From Octopus sinensis (taxonomy: Eukaryota): a DNA stretch of 64,000 bases. The position numbers and the translations under genes were made by a program. Of this stretch, positions 58,290 to 64,000 are shown piece by piece; the first letter of the stretch is position 1, and each line of letters opens with the position of its first letter. Location: assembly GCF_006345805.1 (NCBI RefSeq), contig NC_043003.1, positions 21,700,001 to 21,764,000 of the forward strand, given 5' to 3'. The notes under the pieces were generated by a model. The model made no database searches, was not told the origin of the DNA, and worked only from the letters and a program-made list of their open reading frames with translations.

Positions 58290-58331
58290 AACTGTCTGAT
58301 GATTGGTCAGGTGAAACTTGGAGTAACAGTT
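58290..58331 (+). ncRNA. Minimal type I hammerhead ribozyme motif (Penelope-type, stem II degenerate)
   Basis: AACTGT-CTGATGA-ttggtcaggt-GAAA-CTTGGAG-TA-ACAGTT: full core, 6-bp stem I, near-palindromic stem III. Confidence 0.6.
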
Positions 58332-58659
58332 TGAGGATTTTTTTCAGGTTTAATAAAATTGTATGTATGTATGACAATCTGGTTTCAGTTTCCATCTACC
58401 AAATCCACTCACAAGTTTTTTTTTTTTCGGTGGCTCCAGACCTATAGTAGAAGACACTTGTCCAAGGTGTCACACAGTGGGACTGGACTTGAAACCACAT
58501 GGTTGGCAAATGAAACTTGTTAACTGCACATTTATGTGCCTATAATTTTTACTGTAAAGAGTAACATGACTACCCACATTCTAGAAGTGTGAGTGTGATC
58601 AGGTAGGGTGGGAAAGAGAGTCTAGCCATGTCAGTACATTCCTTTCTACTCTAGGTTAT

Positions 58660-59140
58660 TGTTGTTGTTGTGAGCCCCTTCAGTCATGAATGGCCATGGG
58701 ATTGCACGTAGACAGTTACCCTCCGAGGTACAAGTCTGGGCAAGGTTGTTTATGGAAGACCAGCAGTCGCCCATGCATACCAGCCTCACCTCTCCACGCC
58801 ACTGATGTTATCCAAGAGAAAGGCAAAGGCCGATACAGCTTGGCACCAGTGATGTAGCTCATTTATTAACATGCAAGTGGCTGAGCATTCCACAGCCACG
58901 TGTACCCTTAACGTAGTTCTTGGGGAGATTCAGCATGACACAGAGTGTGACAAGGCTGGCCCTTTTAAATACAGGTACAACAGAAACAGAAAGAAAAAGT
59001 GAGAGAAAGTTGTGGTGAAAGAGTACAGCCGGAGCCTTGTGGAGCTTTAGGTGTTTTTGTTCAATAAACACTTACAATGCCCGGTCTGGGAATCGAAACC
59101 GCGAGTCCACTGCCCAAACCACTGGGCCATTGCACCTCCA
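58660..59140 (-). mobile_element. tRNA-derived SINE, family C (long copy)
   Basis: Reverse head GGAGGTGCAATGGCCCAGTGG matching 2339; (CAA)n-type tail. Confidence 0.7.
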
Positions 59141-59460
59141 CTTTACTCTAGGTACAAGGCTTGAAACTGTAGGGGAGGATGCTAGTTGATTACAATTGAC
59201 CTCAGTGCTCAACTGGTACTTATTTTATTGACTCCCGAGTGGATGAAAGCTAAAGTCATCCTTGACAGAATTTGAAATCAAAACATAAGGACAGACAAAA
59301 TACTCAGTAGCATTCTGTCTGACACAGTAACAATTCTACCAGCTCACTGCCACCCATGTCAGTATATTAAAAGCCAATGTAAATGCATATTAAATGTGGA
59401 TGAACAATTCTGATACAAAAATGAGATAAAACAAAGTAAAATAAATTGTAATTAAAAATA

Positions 59461-59466
59461 TTTATT
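59461..59466 (-). terminator. Candidate polyadenylation signal for the XylA-like gene
   Basis: AATAAA on minus strand ~1.4 kb after the stop, followed by U/GU-rich sequence; other hexamers exist. Confidence 0.3.
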
Positions 59467-60858
59467 CCAAATAAAAAATATATATATTTATCTAAAAGAC
59501 AAAGCACCATAAACAAAATATTATTTTTATATCGTTTTTAATTGTAATATCAAAGTCGGAATATATTTTTAAAATACTGTTTCAACCCTTCTGATGCCAG
59601 CCTGCTTGGAACCACCCTGTTAATCTGATACAAACTTTCTGTTTTTAGATTGATTTAAATGTTCAAATACCAGTTTAATAGTGACTAAGTGTTTTTACAA
59701 AATTCATTATTTTTCTAAATTTAATTGAAACAAATGCAGTGTATTTCACCAGGAATATGGTAACAGAACGGTTATTAATAAAAGGCACTGGAAATTTCAT
59801 ATAAGTTTCCCCCACAATTGTGTGTGCATTATTACATGTGGGGAGTGAAGAGGATAAACTACTCAGAATATCAACTCCCGTTCAGTATCTGTTGTTGTTA
59901 TTATTATTATTATTATTATCATTATTATTACTATTATTTTGCTTCTCAGAGCTCTTGATTTTACTTGCTCCAGCTAATTCTCTAAGAGCAGACAGCAACC
60001 TGTTGTCAAAGGTCTCACAGGGTTTCCTTCTATGATACTTAACACCCAAGTACCAATTCTTCTTATTATTATTATTATTAAAACTTCATATATTTGAAAA
60101 ATATTTAAATATTTGGAATAGTAATGTAAATCAATGGCATTCAAATGGTCTATATGAGAAATAAAGGTTCTGAGCTCAAAAGGATACTTGCATATGTTTA
60201 CAAAAATATTTAATAAAAATACATGAAGTCTGCTTCAGAATATAATGATTAAAACACAAAATTGTTTTTAATTTAGGCAGGAGGTCAGCAATTTTAAGCT
60301 GGAGAAGTTAGTCAATTGCATAACTCCAGTACTAGCCTGTCTCTTTAGTTTATTGCCCCCAGAAATGAAAGTCAAAGCCGACCATGATGAGGTTTTGAAC
60401 TTGGATTGTAAAAGGGCAGAACAAACACTACAACACATTCTTCCCAATGCTTTAATTATTCTGCCAGCCCACTGCTCTTAAAATGGTGTCAAAATATTAA
60501 AAATTGAATACAGAAAATGCGAAGATACAAAAAAAACAAGAAAATTCGACACAATTTTTACCCAATTAGCAGCCCTAATTACTCAGTAAATTATAGTTTA
60601 GATGAAGCATTTCAAATAATAAAAGAAATAAACACAAAAGACATTCCAAGGAAAATTTTGAAAAACAAAAAAAAATTTATCAGTATATTTTCATATTGTT
60701 ATTGCTAACTTTTCCTGTGTTTCTACCACATATAAAGTTTACATTTGCTTACAGATAAACAGAAACTGTTTTGTTTTGTTTTGTTATTTAACATTATTTC
60801 TTGTTTTTGAAGTGCATTCCAGGGAGAAAAAAACTGCTCCACTTTGTATGGAAACATA

Positions 60859-60954
60859 TTACTGTTTAATCTTCAAATAATGGTTCACCATGCTTTGGTA
60901 ATGTTCCTGCTGTCCAGAACTGACTGTTGGCTCACCATGTGACATGATGTATTC
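60859..60954 (-). CDS. xylA: Xylose isomerase (XylA-like), last coding exon
   Basis: cttcag acceptor; EYIMSHGEPTVSSGQQEHYQSMVNHYLKIKQ-stop (TAA); matches the EP..SG(R/K/Q)QE...N.Y XylA terminus; phase 0 join to previous exon. Confidence 0.85.
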   Translation of the reverse strand, partial: EYIMSHGEPTVSSGQQEHYQSMVNHYLKIKQ

Positions 60955-61024
60955 CTGAAGTAGAAAACAAAATATATATGTTAAAACCTTTTTGGTGCTA
61001 ACCTGCTTCAAACAACCCTTAGTT

Positions 61025-61280
61025 CATCATCATTATGTAACATCTGTTGTCCATGCTGGCATGGGTTGGACAGTTTGACCAGGGCTGGTAAGCTGGAAGG
61101 CTGCACCAGACTCCAGTCTGATTTGACATGGTATCTACGGCTGGATGCCCTTCCTAATGCCAACCGCTCTGAGAGTGCTTTTATGTGCCACCAGCACCAC
61201 AGCCATTTGTGTGACACCAGTATCTGCCATGACTGCGATTTTGCTCAGCTTGATGGGTCTTCTTCTCAAGCACCAACATA
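61025..61280 (-). mobile_element. RTE-LINE 3' end
   Basis: Family consensus. Confidence 0.75.
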
Positions 61281-61389
61281 ATGCCATTAGTTCTAATCAT
61301 AAATCGTAAAACTGTCTGTTTTAAGATATTCAAGTTGTCAGGTGATTTTTTTAAAAATAAATCCTTTGTAAGATCCTACCGATAATTCA

Positions 61390-61717
61390 CTCATTGTGAG
61401 AATGCATATCCAAAGCAATTTGTTATTTTCAGCAGTTTACAGACAAAGCTAAACCCATAAATATAGTGACAGACAAAACACACACACACAAAAAAAAAGG
61501 AAAAACAGAAACTGACAAAACGAAAGGTCAGGTTGACTATGAATAACAGTTCTCATAGTCAGATTATAAAGTGTAAAACAGAATTTTTTTTGTCTTTTTC
61601 TTTACTTCTGTATTTAGATTATAATCTATTTTGTCTGTCATTATATCTATGGGTTTAGTTTTGCTTGTAAACTGCTGAACATATCCCACTGCTTTGGGTA
61701 TGCAGTCTCACAATGAG
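61390..61717. repeat. Foldback element with 89-bp inverted arms
   Basis: 61390-61478 vs 61629-61717, ungapped, 12 mismatches by hand count. Confidence 0.85.
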
Positions 61718-62261
61718 ATTTCAGAGTTAACTTCTTTACCCGACATCCCCACCTTTTCGTTACCCACTTGCAGACAACTAATTTGTCATCAATACTTTAT
61801 GATACACATATATACACATACATATATATATATACACACATGCACGCATACATACAGATACATATAGCTACATACATACATAGATACATACATACATTAG
61901 ATACATGCACACACACACACACACACAATATATATATATACACATGTGTATGTGTGGAGCGCGTGCGTGTATGCATGAATGAGTATGTATTACTCGTTTA
62001 CAATTTCAGTGTTCAGTAGAGCATAACAAAACTAAATCAAAATGAATTGTCCAACTGATGTGTAACAGAGTTGACAACTATAATGTTACATTTTTCTATG
62101 GAATGGGAAAATAATCAGAAAAAGTAATTGCTTCTGTTATTAAAAAACAGCAATTATAATAATAAAATGTCAGTATTGACAGAGAGAATGTATTTGATAA
62201 AGAAAATATTAATGATTTTCATTATAAAATAATTTCCATATTCGACTAGAGTTGTTTACAG

Positions 62262-62327
62262 TCCATTTTATGTCCTTTATATCCTTCTGTATAGAAGTAC
62301 AGAAAAATATAAAGGACATAAAACGGA
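62262..62327 (-). other. 30-bp stem / 6-nt loop intronic hairpin
   Basis: Arms pair fully on the minus strand using 3 G-U pairs. Confidence 0.8.
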
Positions 62328-62717
62328 ATGTTAAACCAGATACTGTTTTACAATCTACACCGGTATGGTTCAAAGGTCATATCCGAATATGCTTCATGGA
62401 TTGAAAATATGAATATTTTCGATGTATTTCTGTCTGAAATCATAAGTTGGACTAAACACTTCCCTTCCTGCACATCATAAAACTATTTTTATAGGTTTTC
62501 ATTGTTCATAATTTAGTGGTATGCATGAGTGTATATCATAGAAATAAATACAGTAAGTGGAGCTGATACTATACCAGTTAATGATGAATAAAGACATTAA
62601 TCAAAGAATTTCTGAAAATTAATATGAAATATAATAATAATGGTGATGATGTCTTTAAAATTTATTCACAGTCATGAAAAATTATTTGAGATAACTTAAA
62701 GCCTGTTGTATACTTAC

Positions 62718-62792
62718 TTCCAATTCCTCAAAACTTGTGTTACCATCAGTGATTTTTTTCCCAATCCCAGAATCGAAAGAACTGTAGCGTTC
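62718..62792 (-). CDS. xylA: Xylose isomerase (XylA-like), penultimate coding exon (75 nt); upstream exons lie beyond the window
   Basis: Long U-tract + ctacag acceptor, GTAAGT donor; ERYSSFDSGIGKKITDGNTSFEELE matches the class II xylose isomerase C-terminal RYxS(W/F)xSGIG motif. Confidence 0.85.
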
Positions 62793-63073
62793 CTGTAGAA
62801 AAAAAAAAAAGGTGATATATCATTCATTTAGGGAAAGACTAAGCTACAAAAGTCAGATGTTAAGTATATTTAACAAAGAAGAAAAGCTGAGAGTAAAAGA
62901 TTTGCGCATGTTCTGTGATGTAATGATCAGATGTGCGAGGATTCCTGACAGCAAGACAAAGTACTAGAGACAATTTTGAGAAGGCTGTGCGAAATGATAA
63001 AGCCATTACTAACAGGGAAAAGAAAAAGGTATGGAAGTATTATTATAAGAGGTTGTGGTGAACAAAAACAAAA

Positions 63074-63355
63074 TCAAAATCGATCAACATCAATGGAAAT
63101 CGTAGCTGTGATACCATAAGAGAACCATCCGAACGTGGCAATTGCCAGCGCCACCCCGACTGCCTCCATGCCAGTGGCACATAAAAAGCACCATCCAATC
63201 ATGGAGTGGTTGGCGTTAGGAAGGGCATCCAGCCGTAGAAACATTGCCAGATCAGACTGGGCCTGGTGCAGCCTTCTGGCTTCCCAGACCCCAGTTGAAC
63301 CATCCAACCCATGCCAGCATGGAAAGCGGATGCTAAACGATGATGATGGTGATGA
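63074..63355 (+). mobile_element. RTE-LINE 3' end
   Basis: Close match to 624-1065 with fewer internal repeats. Confidence 0.85.
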
Positions 63356-63370
63356 ATTGTTCATAAGGTG

Positions 63371-63484
63371 TTGTTACATCATTCACACACAGCCACATGC
63401 AAATGCCTTGCAACGCTGGCGATCATACTGGGTCACCAAAGTTGCAAGGCATTTGTGTGTGGCTGTATGTAGATGATGCAACAA
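63371..63484. other. ~115-nt foldback hairpin
   Basis: 42-bp arms 63373-63414 / 63441-63482 with 6 transition differences, plus inner TGGCGATC/GGTCACCA pairing. Confidence 0.85.
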
Positions 63485-64000
63485 TATCTCACAAACATTT
63501 AATAACTTTTTTCATGTGATGTCTGGATGCTGATTGTTCCATAACCTGGCCACTCACAAGAACAAGAAGTTGTGATGCCATGGTTTTAACTTAGCAATTT
63601 GTTGACTTGGTTTTGAGTCTTGCTACAAGGTTGGTGAATGAAGAGAAGATATGGGAGAAAGAGCATCTATTAGGGACCAGCCATTGAAGTTGGTAGCTTT
63701 GTGACTAAGTGTGAGATTAATGGAAAGTCTCTGGAATAGTTGCTGAGATACTGGAAATATTTGGTGAGGTAGGTTGCAAGTTAGTAACTCACATTAACAT
63801 TTAGGCAGTATAGGGAGATACCATAGCCAATGACTGGAGTAATAGTAACATTCTAAAATGTCACAAGAGCAAAAGAGATGCACTTGAAGGTGGTAATGAC
63901 AAAAGCATTAAATCGATGGACAAGATTATGGAAGTTATGTAAAGAATTATAAAATTTTCGGAAACATTTTTTCACTCTAAGAGTTGCTAAAGTATGGAAC

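Larger units (their letters stand above)
57759..58530 (-). mobile_element. SINE family A with foreign sequence nested in its microsatellite
   Basis: Tail half ~57759-57940, head half ~58370-58530; palindrome and hammerhead core lie between. Confidence 0.7.

Noticed and set aside
45095-60800. Additional or divergently transcribed protein-coding gene between ABCD3 and XylA
   Set aside because: No exon with recognisable host-protein similarity or consistent splice phases found; non-coding exons cannot be excluded
60859-62792. Bacterial contamination as source of xylA
   Set aside because: Coding sequence is split by a GT-AG intron containing the host RTE repeat and microsatellites

Overview
AT-rich, repeat-dense animal genomic DNA. 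The SINE/LINE families and (TA)/(TG) microsatellite load suggest an octopus (inference, not verified). Two spliced genes lie on the minus strand. (1) ABCD3/PMP70, a peroxisomal half ABC transporter: 21 GT-AG coding exons from the ATG at 45094 to 116 give 505 in-frame codons, and the gene runs off the left edge. Coding exon 17 is present twice in an apparently identical 744-bp tandem duplication whose junction is a chimaeric retroposon. (2) The last two exons of an intron-containing xylose isomerase (XylA-like) gene at 60859-62792. The rest is mostly tRNA-derived SINEs, 3' ends of an RTE-clade LINE, a Tx1/L1-like fragment, a CRE-like fragment, two solo LTRs with 4-bp TSDs, and piggyBac/hAT/mariner MITEs. 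Structural features include a hammerhead-ribozyme core beside a perfect 44-bp palindrome and three foldback hairpins in XylA introns. All alignments were done by eye. Exon, LTR and TSD boundaries were counted; other repeat boundaries are approximate.
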